Shown piece after piece: positions 14,369 through 27,470 of a stretch of 64,000 nt of DNA. This DNA comes from Octopus bimaculoides (lineage: Eukaryota). Under the pieces are notes generated by a model. That model was not told the DNA's origin and made no database searches. It saw nothing but the letters and a program-made list of their open reading frames with translations. The stretch is from positions 55,194,362 to 55,258,361 of the forward strand of contig NC_068995.1 of NCBI RefSeq assembly GCF_001194135.2, read 5' to 3'. Every line of letters starts with the position of its first letter. Within the stretch, counting starts at the first letter, position 1. Made by a program: the position numbers and the translations under genes.

Positions 14369-16555
14369 TCCTTCTTTAGTGCCACTGCATAAATACCCGC
14401 GAAATTTCAGTTACCCTATGGTTATCTTATCGTTATGCTGGAAGTGTATTTCTTTAAAAAAGCATGCGTTTACGCGAAGATCTAATTACTTCAATGGCTA
14501 AGTTATATTTTTATCCTATTTGTTTATTAAGAGATTATTTGAATTATCATTCCTCTGTCCTTTCAGGACAAATTTCTTATTGAAATAAGATATCAGATCA
14601 CAAACATTATGTTATAAACTTCATGTTCACCTTCAACTTTGTTTTGTTCAGCACATCAAATATTTCTAAGATAATTAACTTAAAATTGAGTAATCATTAT
14701 TGTATAATTATATCATCAAAAATTTTTTTTAAATGTTATATTCTAATTATATTCTATTGACACCCATGATTTCGTATAAAATATTATTATTCTGCGCAGA
14801 AACACTGCTTCGTCTAAACAATTATTAGAAAATATAATACAGTATTTGATGACAAGAGGTGAGATCATAGGTGTTCGATGAAATGCTGGGAATGAAAATA
14901 TACTCTCATGTATATGCCTAAACTTAAATACATCATCCATCTATTGAAACTTTAAATATTCACGAGGAAATAAATCAACTTTTATGTTAAGAATATGGCT
15001 GTCTTCCATCCAGCCAAAACCAGAATTTTTAAATAAATGAAGAGGTCAATAAGTTAATAACATGCGCTATATCATTAGAGATTACCGTATCTGTTTGGCA
15101 TATATGGTCAAATATACTAATTTGTTATAACGTAATTCATACAGAGGGTAAGTTAGAGTTGAATGAGTTTATCAGAAGTATTCGGGCTGCTTTAATTAAA
15201 AGCATAAATATAAGTTTTCTAATTGGAATTGGAAATGAAAATTAGTTTCTCGCAAATAAATGTATGATAAATTAAAAATCAGAGTTCGTTAAAAACCTTT
15301 AACTATGGTGAAAGGAAGATAATAATAATTACATTTATGTGGTTGCGATAGAGTGTCTCTAAAGGGAATACAAATATTAAACAATACCTTATTTTAAGGG
15401 TGCTTTGTTAAATGGATAAATTCATTTAACTAACTACAAGTTTTGGCTTCACTATTTCCACTCGTCTAACTATCATTCGTAATAATGAGTTGTTCAGTAA
15501 GAAAGACGCTCGTAAGTACACACACACACATATACATGAAGACCATCAGGAGTTGATACTTATTTGTGAATACCTATAGATATTACAATTTATAATTGTC
15601 ACCTAGTTTCAGCTCTGTATTGTATTATTTCAAAACACAGCAAATATTTACGCTTGTCGCAATTTTAGAATCTTTCTTGATATCTAAATGAAACATCATT
15701 GAGTTAAGAGTAAAATCATCGACTGATTGCAATAAAGTGATAGCAAAATTTAAACTTAGATTTAGATCTCTCTAACACTATTACTCCTAGAAGACTGTAA
15801 TCGTCATGATTTTCCTCTTGGTAAATAACTATATATAGAGGGCACATGGGAAAGATAACTCGATGATTGTTTCCTAATTTTATCAAAGCCCGTAGACCTT
15901 TGGAAGTATTCAACGTATTTCTCAACAATCTACATCCATCTTTCAAATTCACAAAGGAAATGCACAAGAAATATTACTATTTCTCGATATAATGCTAATT
16001 AAGAATAATATCAAAATCTTTATGAATATATATTGTAAAGTCATGGATACACGTCAATACCTGAACTTCAAGTCATACCATCCACCGTATACAAAGCATA
16101 ATGTCCTAAACTGTCTAGAGACGGGTGTTGATTCTCTTGTTGATAATGTGAAAACAAGAAGCAAACAACGCACAAAAGACGCATAATTCTCCCGTTTAAG
16201 TTTATTTTATTCTTTGTTCGAAACATCTCCTACTGTTTATTTTGTCACTTATTGTACAAGTCGGACGATATGAAACCTCAGTCTGAAGAACAAACACTTG
16301 CAACGCTTAGGAAACTTTCGTGACAGATACGTTATTACTGCAGACATTTCTATGGAGATGATCAAGCTGATGATCAAATTTTATCAATCTTACAAATCTA
16401 GAAGAGCTTGCAGATTGCATCAGCACTCATCTACCTATCGCTTATGCCTACGGATATTGATGATTATTTAGAAAAATACGCATGTACACAGACACAAGCC
16501 TGCATGGGCATGTTTCCTCGCATGTATATATTTGTTTATAAAATACATGCTCAGA

Positions 16556-16615
16556 TAATTAGATAGATAGATAGCGAGACAGATAGATAGACAGATAGAC
16601 AGATAGACAGATGGA
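16556..16615. repeat. (GATA)n/(GACA)n tetranucleotide microsatellite
   Basis: Visible directly. Confidence 0.9.
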
Positions 16616-17266
16616 AAGATAAATGCACGTACATGCAAATATACACACATGTATAGTTCAGTGCACATTTATATGTATGTATCTCTAGATGTTTGCAAAT
16701 ATATCTAGACACGTTTCATTATATATACATAGTGTGTAAATACATATTTTCATAGTTACATACACACACACATGCACACATACTAGCACATATAGAGACA
16801 CACACAAACTCATAAACACTCACACCCATGCACACACTTACACATGACTTAAAATAGCTGTATTTCTCTATTTCGAAATATAAATATAAATTCATTAAAT
16901 TGTGTAATTTGTTCGATATGCTTGTAGATTATATTACAAAAATTACTTTAAATTCAACAGAAATAATTATTAAATTTCATGTTTGCATTGTTTGGTTACT
17001 GTGATTGTCTCTTTTCAAAGAAGATCAATATACATTAATAGCAGCCCTAATTACATGACAGCCCTATAGTTCTATTGTACATAAAAGGAATTGTCGATGT
17101 ATATTCCATTGAAAAAGAAGCTATTTTCAAACTAATAATTTAAATTATGCATGAAGAACCGGTGTATTTTCACAAAGTGTTAAAATACATGGCATAACAC
17201 GTATATATATATTCGTGATACAAAGATATAAAACCATTAATCCTTATTGGATATATTTGAATATAA

Positions 17267-17334
<68 letters not shown>

Positions 17335-17714
17335 GGAAGTATATAACAAATTATCAGCTATAAAAAATCATGGTCGTATTCATGGTTTCAGGTTTATATT
17401 TAACAATTCTTCACAGAATATTTATAATGAAAGCAACGGCATTTTGTTTTGTTTTTGTTTTTTTTTCTTTTGCAAAAGATAAAGTAATTATAAGTTGATA
17501 ACCGTTATTCTTACATTAGTGAGATGTGAATGAAAATATTTGGTTGGACATTAGAAAAAGCTAACATTTTGAGCCAAATGTGTTCTGTTGAGGAATATTA
17601 TTTATTAGCTTGTGTTTTGCAGAACAACAAAAGCCTCTATAAAGTATGAAAGAAACAGTGGCACAGAAATATAAGGAGTCCAAACAGCAATGACGTGATC
17701 TCTGTTAGGTAGCA

Positions 17715-17860
17715 GGTATAGTTGTGTAGCTAATAAGATTATTCTGCAACCGCATGATTTCGTGTTCAATTCCGTTGTGCGTCATTTTCGGTATTTCTCC
17801 TATTATCATAGCATTGGATTATCCTATGTCCTGTGAGTGAATTTGCTCGGGAATTGTACA
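17715..17860 (+). mobile_element. Old, degenerate 5' part of SINE family A
   Basis: gttgtgtagctaataag...caaccgcatgatttcgtgttcaattcc...cctgtgagtgaatttg resembles the head and core of the 9758 and 58851 copies. Confidence 0.4.
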
Positions 17861-18042
17861 GATATTGTACGAAAACTGACCATATTATTTGCGCGGCTGT
17901 AGGCAGGGTACATCGGGTGCATGAGGATATTTGTGTTTGACTTCGACTGTTAATCACTGTTTGCTTACGTTCTCATCATACAGGGCTTCGCAATATGAAT
18001 CCTATATAGATTTAAGATAACCAACGGGGTCGATTTGATCAC

Positions 18043-18098
18043 AATACCGCTAAGCATTTCGCTCGGCCTGATAACGTCTCTGCCAGCTCACCGCCTTA
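18043..18098 (-). mobile_element. 5' fragment of SINE family B
   Basis: Reverse complement aaggcggtgagctggcagagacgttatcaggccgagcgaaatgcttagcggtatt matches the head of the 52470 copy. Confidence 0.7.
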
Positions 18099-20972
18099 GT
18101 CCAGTTAAGAATATTGCAGCTGTAACATATAACCGGAATGTCTAGAATGGTGATACCTATTACCTTGCTTTTCGCATTGAGCTCTGTTTTCAGTATAAAT
18201 CTAATAGTATTTCCTTTTTATCTTCCCTTTCATTTGTTTGTGTTGTATCGTATTTAGTTCATTGATTGCTAAGTATTTCATTGTCTAGTTTCGGTCTCAT
18301 TCTCTTATTTTATTGTTGTTGTTATTTTATGACACGAATGCATTCTTTTAAGCAACGATTTGTTTTACCACAATAAATCAGTATCTAAAAAACAGCAACT
18401 AAATATTCCCATATGTCACCGTGTAATGCTATGTTCGATATTTCTTGAATGCCAAAGATCAATTTTTGGATGGTTGACCTTGTTCGGATTTGATCCAAGA
18501 CCAGCTTCACTCACAATTACTTTGTTTGAAAACGGCAACAATAAACCATTTTATACATTTCCTTCCCTTAAAAAAAAAACGAGAACAGAAACAGTAGGGT
18601 GAACCAAGGCCACATGTGTAATTTTCATTATAATGATAACGCATTTAACTATGATTATTTGTCTTGGAGTTTTACTTTCATTTTCGCAATTTTATAAAAT
18701 ATTTGTGCAACATTAATTGTCACAAAATTTGATATTTTATTTCTGAAATGTCTGCGTTCCCTATTACGGTAGCAATTATATGAAATAACATGAAAATATT
18801 GGAATGAATTAAATAGCACCTGTAGAATAGAAACATTGTTTATTTGCTGTAAACCGTGTTAACTATCTGTTAGCGCTCCGGGAAGTATAGTAACGATATT
18901 ACAATAACAAAAAACTCCACGTATAAACACAATAGTTGCACTCTCTCAAATACAAATGCATACACATATTCATATACACACACGGGCACTGCCCCCCATC
19001 TCTCTCTTTCTTTCTCTCTCTCCTTCTCTCAGACACATATACACACACAAGCACAAACATTTAGGTGTATACATTTGTGCGTGTCTGTGTGTTAAATGAA
19101 ATACTAAAGGCATGCACTACAGAAACGTGTTAAACAAATATGTCTTTGTTATCGGGAGGGACGATCTCGTTTAAAATGTCAAACCAACAGCAGTATCTAG
19201 AATGGCAGTATTCATTTTCCCTGTTTGTTCAATAGACATGTACCTAAAGTATTTTGAACTTTTAGAAGTACTGTTTATGCAACATCAATTAATATATCTG
19301 TGCGCTACAGTACAAGGTTAAACTATTTCTTTCAATTACTTTCAATAATAAGTTGTCTTTAGAAATCAATAGATATATATCAGCTAGGACGATGAGTGTC
19401 TCACTTCTTTGATCGATGATTCGATTCGCTAGTTGAGTTAGCGTGTCACTATCCAACTATTTCATTGAGATGTGTACCAGTAATTTCACTGTCAAGAACT
19501 ATAGACCTGATACAATGTGTGATTAAGTTGATCTATTGCATTTCAGGTGCTCTATACACAAAAGACTTCCCAATAATTTCCGTTTATCCTATTTAAATCG
19601 GAACGTTTGGATCGATAAGAGGCTTTATTGTAACGTCACCTGCTGAAGATGCTGCACAATCTCATGAAACGAAGAACATCGCCATTGCGAAGCAAAGTAA
19701 CCGTTCGCTTACGTCATCTAAATAAACGATATATTGTATAAAATACCTTATACGTAACTGAATAATACTGTCATAATGATTACTTTTCATGTCCAACGTG
19801 TTTCAGTATCATCATACCTCGTTTGGCAAATAACCGTAAATATGAGATCCCTCTTAGAAATGGATCTGTGGTGTAAGGTTTTGGAAGGAGTTTAAATAAT
19901 TTAAATATCAATTGTAAATTCAGAGGGCGGAGTTCTCGTATTATCATTACAGCGTCACGGAGGAAATGTCTTTGGCTAAAGAACTGTAAGAGATACACGA
20001 AGACAGTTCTTCCGGTTATTCACGTTCCTTGTTCCAAACCCACGGAGGTTTGGATCTTTAGTAATAATATTTGCTGTCCCAGGTCGATTAAATCATATTA
20101 CGCCATCCTTGCTTAAGTTAAACCTGCCTTGGGGCTTGTAATATTAAAATTTTGCGTGCATTAATGGCACCAATATTTCTGTAGATGATTATGAAATTTG
20201 AAAAACACATTCACAAATAGCAATAGTCATGCCGACAGTGCTTCTCCGCGTTAACTACTTCGTTTTGGCTAATACTGCATGAAAGATGACACGCATTATA
20301 TCCTACCAAACACACAGCATAACTTTATTCCCTCAGATGTAGTCACTGATTGTGGATGAATATTCCTTTTACCTTGGGTGCTAACATTTCACGTGATCAG
20401 ATTCTAACAGAAAAATTACTAACTCGTTTGTTTCATGTTTATGATGTTCATGAGATTAAATAATTTGTATAAATAGGGATACACGTCGATAAAATGGAAT
20501 GTGCTTAAATCCAGTTAATTATTCTACTTCGTTACAGCGATTTCCAAAAGAGAAAAATCTGCTTCGCGGTATATTTGCATAAAAGTACTATTCTACTTTC
20601 TAAATGGATATTTCTGTTAAGAATGTACTAAAAGAACACCGTGTACATAAAATTTAAAAGATTATTACTGGGCATGAGATGTAAGACTAAGTTTTATGAA
20701 TATTATCTTATACGAAACTTGATGAACTTTCTAAATACGTAGAATACACTGTTTATGTTATTTGTAGCTTGTTGCAGTTTCACGAAATGAAAAAAAAAGA
20801 TTCTCTCCCGCTTTGAGCACAGAATATTCCTTCAAACTGAATTTATATTTAACTTACTTCAATTAGTTCTAAATGTCATCTTAATTATAATTTGGTGTGC
20901 TCCAATGTTTAAGATATGTGTGAATACACACATACACATACACACACATATATACATACGCACACACGCACA

Positions 20973-21031
<59 letters not shown>

Positions 21032-24000
21032 TTACGCACATAAATATAGATAGACACGAATATCTATATATACATAAGCGTTCAGCAAACAAGTATATTT
21101 AGATATGTTTGTGTGTACCTGACAGTGTCTGTGTTTATGTATGTATGTATGTATGTGTGTATGTACGTATACGCATATAAAATAATAACAGCAATGCCAA
21201 GCAATATTTCATATTGCTTTAATCCACATGATCATTGTTTCTCTTCTGCTTAAGCAGTTTAAATATTTCCAATGTCGGCATATTGGAAATAATTGCCACT
21301 TAAATGGCATCAGCAAATACGTAGTAGGCGCATAGATAACACTTCTTTAGATAAGATGATCAAATTTTACAGAAGTTACGGTAACACATGTATTTTCAGT
21401 TGACTGAAAATGTCATGAAAAATATCAAATCTTAAATTCGTTATGCCTATGCAAGAAGGTAGAAATCTAGCTAAATTTTGGAAGTAAAACACGGAGTTCA
21501 ACTCGTGATTGCATCCAATGGCAGACATTTAGACACTACAGACAGTTTACTTGGCTCAGTTCGTAAACTATTTGTCTGGTTGTGGAGAAATTTGAACATT
21601 ACTATTTGTGTGAAGGAAATATTTTTAATTACTATGTTACGCTTCTCTCTCTCTCTCTCACTCTTTTTCTACATCGAGAAACATGTCTTTCGGAAACGCC
21701 AAGCACATTTTACTAAACATGCGATTTAACGCATAATCAAAATTTCAATTTACTTCCCATATAATTACCTTTCTGTGAGTGTCTATCACCGAGGTAGTGA
21801 ATGAATATATATACACCTACTAAAGAGCCTCCACTGAAGAAAAATGATTGCGTAGTATTCAATATTTCGTTTTCACTTTGAAAATAAGTGGCAGTCTCTC
21901 TGTGTTGAATGTGTCGTTCCTCAGCTAAATTCAATATTTATTTGCTATGGATGTAGCTAACGGCTATTCTACTATATACATCGCCTACATGTATTTTGCT
22001 TAGTTCGAATACTAGAAATCAATATTACATTGAATAAAATTGTGTGAAAATTCACCTGAGAATTAATGAAATTTTACCAAGATTTTTGTCATACATATAG
22101 TCATAGACATACATATGCATACACACACACACACACACACACACACANNNNNNNNNNNNNNNNNNNNNNNNNNNNNNNNNNNNNNNNNNNNNNNNNNNNN
22201 NNNNNNNNNNNNNNNNNNNNNNNNNNNNNNNNNNNNNNNNNNNNNNNNNNNNNNNNNNNNNNNNNNNNNNNNNNNNNNNNNNNNNNNNNNNNNNNNNNNN
22301 NNNNNNNNNNNNNNNNNNNNNNNNNNNNNNNNNNNNNNNNNNNNNNNNNNNNNNNNNNNNNNNNNNNNNNNNNNNNNNNNNNNTTATATTTATATACGAA
22401 ATTTTTCATATATGGTAGCAATACGAAACATTTATTCAATACCTGTTTCCTTAATTTTCTAGATTTGACACTAGCAGAATTGTGGCCAAGTATCTTTGAT
22501 ATGTACATACGTGACTTGGATTAAAATGAAACTTCAATACAATTGAAAGCGAATACTGTCTGAAGTCACGTTTCTACGTGCAAGTCTGTTTTCTTTCTCT
22601 TTTTTCACACAGGAATTACAATCACTTGAATAGAAATATAGCGCACATAATAAAGAAGACAGAATAACTGAAATGCTTGCAACTTAAAAAAAAAAATTAA
22701 ATTATAACAGAGAGAATTCGAGAGGTGTTTTTATCATATATGAAATTGTGATTCTTAACGTGATTCATTTTATTGATATATTCCCTTGGCGCAATCGTAT
22801 AAATATATAAGCCAGAATACAAATTTACCACAATGTGAGTTCGTATGATCGTTGTGACCTTTGTCAATATGAGAAGGATCGGCATTAAATATAGAAATAC
22901 TTTGATGATGTACCCGTTCCTTTTCAGGTACAAGGTACAGAACATGAAGTTTAACGTCAGCATATTAACAATTTTTATGGAGTCTACAAATATAATGACT
23001 GCCCGAACCTCACTATGTAATAATCGATAAGAGAAATCGATCAATTGAGGAAGATTCAGTTGAAGGCTTATTCTTCCGAAGCTAGACCATTCACCAAACT
23101 TTCATTGATTCAGTATTCCTGTCGTCAAATGGCATTGATATTAGATACGGCAATGCAATATACCTGTTAAATTTGCGAACTATTTAAGAGCTTCGATGCC
23201 CTTGATCGAGTAGTATATCAAAGTATGTTAAAAAGTCTAAACAGCAACATCAGTGAAAGGCTCAAATATTTCAACGGAAGCATCTACTTCATACGTATTT
23301 TCACAGACAATCATTTTGATTTGGCTGTGCAGAAGTTTCCCCCTCAAAGATAGACCTCACGTAAATTTGTTCAATGACCAGAAGCTGATATTTGAAATTC
23401 ACTTGTAAATTGATTTATGAAACATAGTAGTTAAACTTCCTTCAAACGCCATGTCAAAATCTAAAAGATATTCGTAGTGGTTGTTATAATCCTAACATGA
23501 CCGAGCCAGGAAATTAATTCTTGGTGATGTTTACACCACGGTTTGGACGATGAAATACCGACATAGATCGACAGAAGATTAACAGGACGTTAATAAACGA
23601 ATCGTTAAAAAATATCTGAAGTGAGGATTTCTGAAAGGGGCAATTTAAAACGTCAAAATATACGAACGAGCTGGCTGGAAACACAAATATAAATAGATAA
23701 AGGTACGCAAGGAAACATCGTATTTGCAAATAACGCTTATAAAGTGTAATCCCGTAAATGTAATGAAACACGTTAACATCGCAATGGAGAGATCTCAGTT
23801 AGAAAATTAACCCATTGCACTCGGCGCAAAAGAGTCAAGAAATGTGACATACAAATCCCTTTACGCAACATCTACAAAATAAACTGTAAATTGGAAAATG
23901 TCCTGTTGGTTTCGTGCAATTTTATTTGTATTAATGTTTTGATAAATTTTCAATTTCCTGCATATCACATTATAGAAACGACAATTGTCTATAAGTACAA

Positions 24001-24519
24001 ATTATTTTATCGGTCACTTTTTTTTCAGGATTCCTTTCATCAGCCAATCCCACCTATTCTTTTCAGCAACTTCTGTTGTGGCTATAAGGAATTGATTGTT
24101 AGTCCCTTCTTACGCAATTCGTCACCATGTCCTTTTTGTACTTCTTCCTTTGTTTTCTCTTTTTCTCTGCTTTCAATACTCCTTCGTTCCTGACATTAGC
24201 AAGGTTTCCTTACTTAGGCCTAGGTATCTCATCAAGCTTTCGAGCCGATACGTACGCAGTCTTCCACACTTATCAGTCCCCTTCTTTCATTTGCTCATCT
24301 GCTCTCTCCATGTATATAAACCGTTCGACATATAACAGCTGATAGTCAGCATAACTCCGCAATTCAAATAACACGGTCATTGAAAAAGTGCGTGCAGAAC
24401 ATTCTAGTTGCGCGTTTCGGGCCATTTGACGTCGGGATGTCGCGCATGTTAGCAACGATGAAACACCAGGATTGTAGGGTTTATCTCCACCCTAAAATTC
24501 ACGTGTTTTTACAGTTAGA

Positions 24520-24780
24520 TCAGACTTTTCACGATATCAACCAGAAACCTGGATCATACCAGCCATTAGATTTTCTTCGACGTCCAGGATTCCAAGAATT
24601 CAAGGCGGTATCAAAATGTTCCCGTGTCCGACAAACAGAATCCAACATCTGGGGAACGTTGGACATGTGCAGCTTCGGCGCATGGCTGCGCATTAGTAGC
24701 AACGCCAAGACCAGTCCTGCATGCAATTATCCAAATTCCTAACAACATATTTCTTCATTCCTCTCTCATTCGTTCTACAT
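24520..24780 (-). mobile_element. Possible ancient RTE-type LINE C-terminal relic
   Basis: LDSVCRTREHFDTALNSWNPGRRRKSNGW loosely resembles the RTE C-terminal pattern LGHVCRM....ALxWxPxGRRxRGRPxxxW; by-eye match only. Confidence 0.25.
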
Positions 24781-24801
24781 AATTCAATGAATGGATTTAT
24801 A

Positions 24802-24833
<32 letters not shown>

Positions 24834-25706
24834 NNNNNNNNNNNNNNNNNNNNNNNNNNNNNNNNNNNNNNNNNNNNNNNNNNNNNNNNNNNNNNNNNNN
24901 NNNNNNNNNNNNNNNNNNNNNNNNNNNNNNNNNNNNNNNNNNNNNNNNNNNNNNNNNNNNNNNNNNNNNNNNNNNNNNNNNNNNNNNNNNNNNNNNNNNN
25001 NNNNNNNNNNNNNNNNNNNNNNNNNNNNNNNNNNNNNNNNNNNNNNNNNNNNNNNNNNNNNNNNNNNNNNNNNNNNNNNNNNNNNNNNNNNNNNNNNNNN
25101 NNNNNNNNNNNNNNNNNNNNNNNNNNNNNNNNNNNNNNNNNNNNNNNNNNTACGTATATATATATATTTGTATGTATAAATACATATATATGTAGATATA
25201 TGTACAGCTATATAAATAAATATATTTTCACATATATATGCACATAAATACACACACATATATATACACATACAGACACACATGAACGCAGATATATTTA
25301 TGCATATACTTTTCTGTGTGTAACCACATCCACATATATACACCTAAATTCCTGTGGCTTTATCGCTGCAATTCAATTAACAATAAATAGCTTTTACTTT
25401 GTCGAAAACATATTACACGACTACATAGAAGCGTAAATATTTCCATCAGTGACATCTGCTGGTGGCATCACCATATTAACAGTGACGTTAATTAACATGT
25501 ATGCAGCGAGGTGAAAGATATTCATAATATGGATACTATTAATGTCAAATTGTAAAGCCTCATCAATTTAATTACATTTGTAGTAATTATCTGTATTAGA
25601 AAACCGTTTGATATATGCTTAAACTCTATGTGGTGAATAATTCCAGCTGATATGCTGCAGAATGCATAGATACATACATATATGTGTGTTTATATGCATA
25701 GATATA

Positions 25707-25742
<36 letters not shown>

Positions 25743-26176
25743 CATATATATATATATACATATATACATATATATATATATACATATATATATATATTAT
25801 ATACATATATATACATATACATGTATATATACATATATATATGTGTGTGTGTGTGTGTGCGTGTGTCTGTGTGTGTCTGTGTGTCTGTGTGTGTCTGTGT
25901 GTGTCTGTGTGTGTCTGTGTATACACTATTTGTGTTACGTACAGATTTGTATAGAATGTCAAGTGTTATATGAAGTATTACTCAAAACATTAAACTTATA
26001 AGTAGAGTATAGCATTTATTTTTACAACGAAATGTTAGCAGTTTTGAAATTTCAGTCACATTGCTTGTCAACGGCAAAGAAGAACAAAATTTCGAGTTCA
26101 CGGTTAGTGTTTCGCTCGTTTATTTGAATGTCTTCATGAATTCTGCCGTCGATTTTTACATGTGAGATATAAACAG

Positions 26177-26250
26177 CCATGAGTTTGATCGCCGCATTGA
26201 GGATCTGCTTACAGTGGTGAACGCTTTTGTACAACCAATCACACCAGTAG
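26177..26250 (+). CDS. Candidate isolated 74-nt coding exon, product unknown
   Basis: aaacag| open frame HEFDRRIEDLLTVVNAFVQPITPV |gtaatt; protein-like composition and GT-AG ends, but weak polypyrimidine tract and no partner exons. Confidence 0.2.
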
Positions 26251-26432
26251 GTAATTTAGTGGACAGCATAGAATAAATATTTCTCTTATATTTCTCACCT
26301 GCTTTTCGGTCCAGCCATTTTGTAAGCTCAATGCATACCGTAAAACTAAACAACATATAATTTTTAAGTTATTCTACGTGAACATATATATGTATGTATG
26401 TATGTATGTATGTGTGTGTGTTTGTGTGTGTG

Positions 26433-26502
<70 letters not shown>

Positions 26503-26503
<1 letters not shown>

Positions 26504-26646
26504 TATTTACGTTATTTACGTTCGACGGATACTTGTCCTCATCTTGTTTGTTGTTAACACAACGTTTCGGCTGATATACCCCCTAACCTTGTTCATGTGT
26601 CTTGGGGAAATTTCGAACCTGGTATTTCGAACCTGGTATTTTTCGA

Positions 26647-26722
<76 letters not shown>

Positions 26723-26760
26723 GTTGTTGTTGTTGTTGTTGTTGTTGTTATTGTTGTTGC
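26503..26760 (-). mobile_element. Repeat arm: trinucleotide microsatellite plus PLE pseudo-LTR-like tail containing a decayed hammerhead
   Basis: Its inner part is the reverse complement of 26839-27016; includes a 14-bp tandem duplication (tttcgaacctggta x2, 26611-26638). Confidence 0.6.
26556..26601 (-). ncRNA. Decayed minimal type I hammerhead ribozyme
   Basis: GACAC-ATGAACA-A-GGTTA-GGGGGTATAT-CAGCC-GAA-ACGT-T-GTGTT: stem I (GACAC/GTGTT), GAAA and palindromic stem III intact; CUGANGA core carries two substitutions. Confidence 0.55.
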
Positions 26761-26770
26761 TATTGTTTAG

Positions 26771-26838
26771 GTGGTAGTGGTTAAGAGCGCGGGCTACTAA
26801 CCTCAAGATTCCGAGTTCGATTCTAAGCAGTGACCTGA
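26771..26838 (+). mobile_element. tRNA-derived SINE head (Pol III A/B boxes)
   Basis: ggtagtggttaagagcgcggg-ctactaa-cctcaagattccgagttcgattct: A-box-like TAGTGGTTAAG, 7-nt anticodon-like loop, B-box-like GAGTTCGATTCT; not a proper cloverleaf so not called tRNA. Confidence 0.65.
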
Positions 26839-27021
<183 letters not shown>

Positions 27022-27062
27022 TAAGTAGCAAAAAACTTTGTCACTTCCAATCAACCAGTCGG

Positions 27063-27132
27063 TTGAAAATATGCCCAAATGAAAACCTTGAAAATATGCC
27101 CAAATGAAAACCTTGAAAATATGCCCAAATGA
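27063..27132. repeat. 25-bp tandem repeat, about 2.8 copies
   Basis: ttgaaaatatgcccaaatgaaaacc x2 plus a 20-bp third copy; followed by tttcatagcatg x2. Confidence 0.95.
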
Positions 27133-27263
27133 TTTTCATAGCATGCTTTCATAGCATGTGGTGTTTCTTTTATGGTAGAAATCCTTATGAACACTAGAAT
27201 ACCATGCTATGGGTTGCTTTCGGGTAGGCATTATGAAAGCCCAGAAATAACACAACGATAAAG

Positions 27264-27470
27264 AATATCGTGTGGTACATCCCAGTATTTAATCAAGCAG
27301 TGAGAATTAATATAGCAAGGGAATTTCTTAATTGGATCGATTGCCATTTTCTACCGCGGCTAAATCCTATTAAGATATTAAAAAGGAGCTGTTCTAAGAT
27401 TAGTAATTCGGCAAATTCCGATTGGTTTATCAGCAGTTATAATACTGCTAAGCTGAATGCAACAGAAAGA
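27264..27470 (+). mobile_element. Penelope-like element ORF relic (region between RT thumb and GIY-YIG)
   Basis: NIVWYIPVFNQAVRINIAREFLNWIDCHF...KILKRSCSKIS...FISSYN resembles the PLE motif IIWFNPPFSxNVKTNIGxxFLxLIDKHF...KIFNRxTxKVSYS...IISSHN (recalled consensus). Confidence 0.6.

Noticed and set aside
19643-19670. CTGAAGA...GAAAC hammerhead-like spacing
   Set aside because: No G10.1-C11.1 pair, no stem III and no stem I
24020-24050. Minus-strand CTGATGA-A-AGGAATCCT-GAAA
   Set aside because: Followed by an A-run; stem III and cleavage triplet cannot form
26771-26838. Possible tRNA gene
   Set aside because: Acceptor and anticodon stems do not pair properly and it is embedded in a repeat; treated as a SINE head
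27063-27132. 25-bp direct repeats as a CRISPR-like array
   Set aside because: No spacers, simple tandem duplication, eukaryotic context
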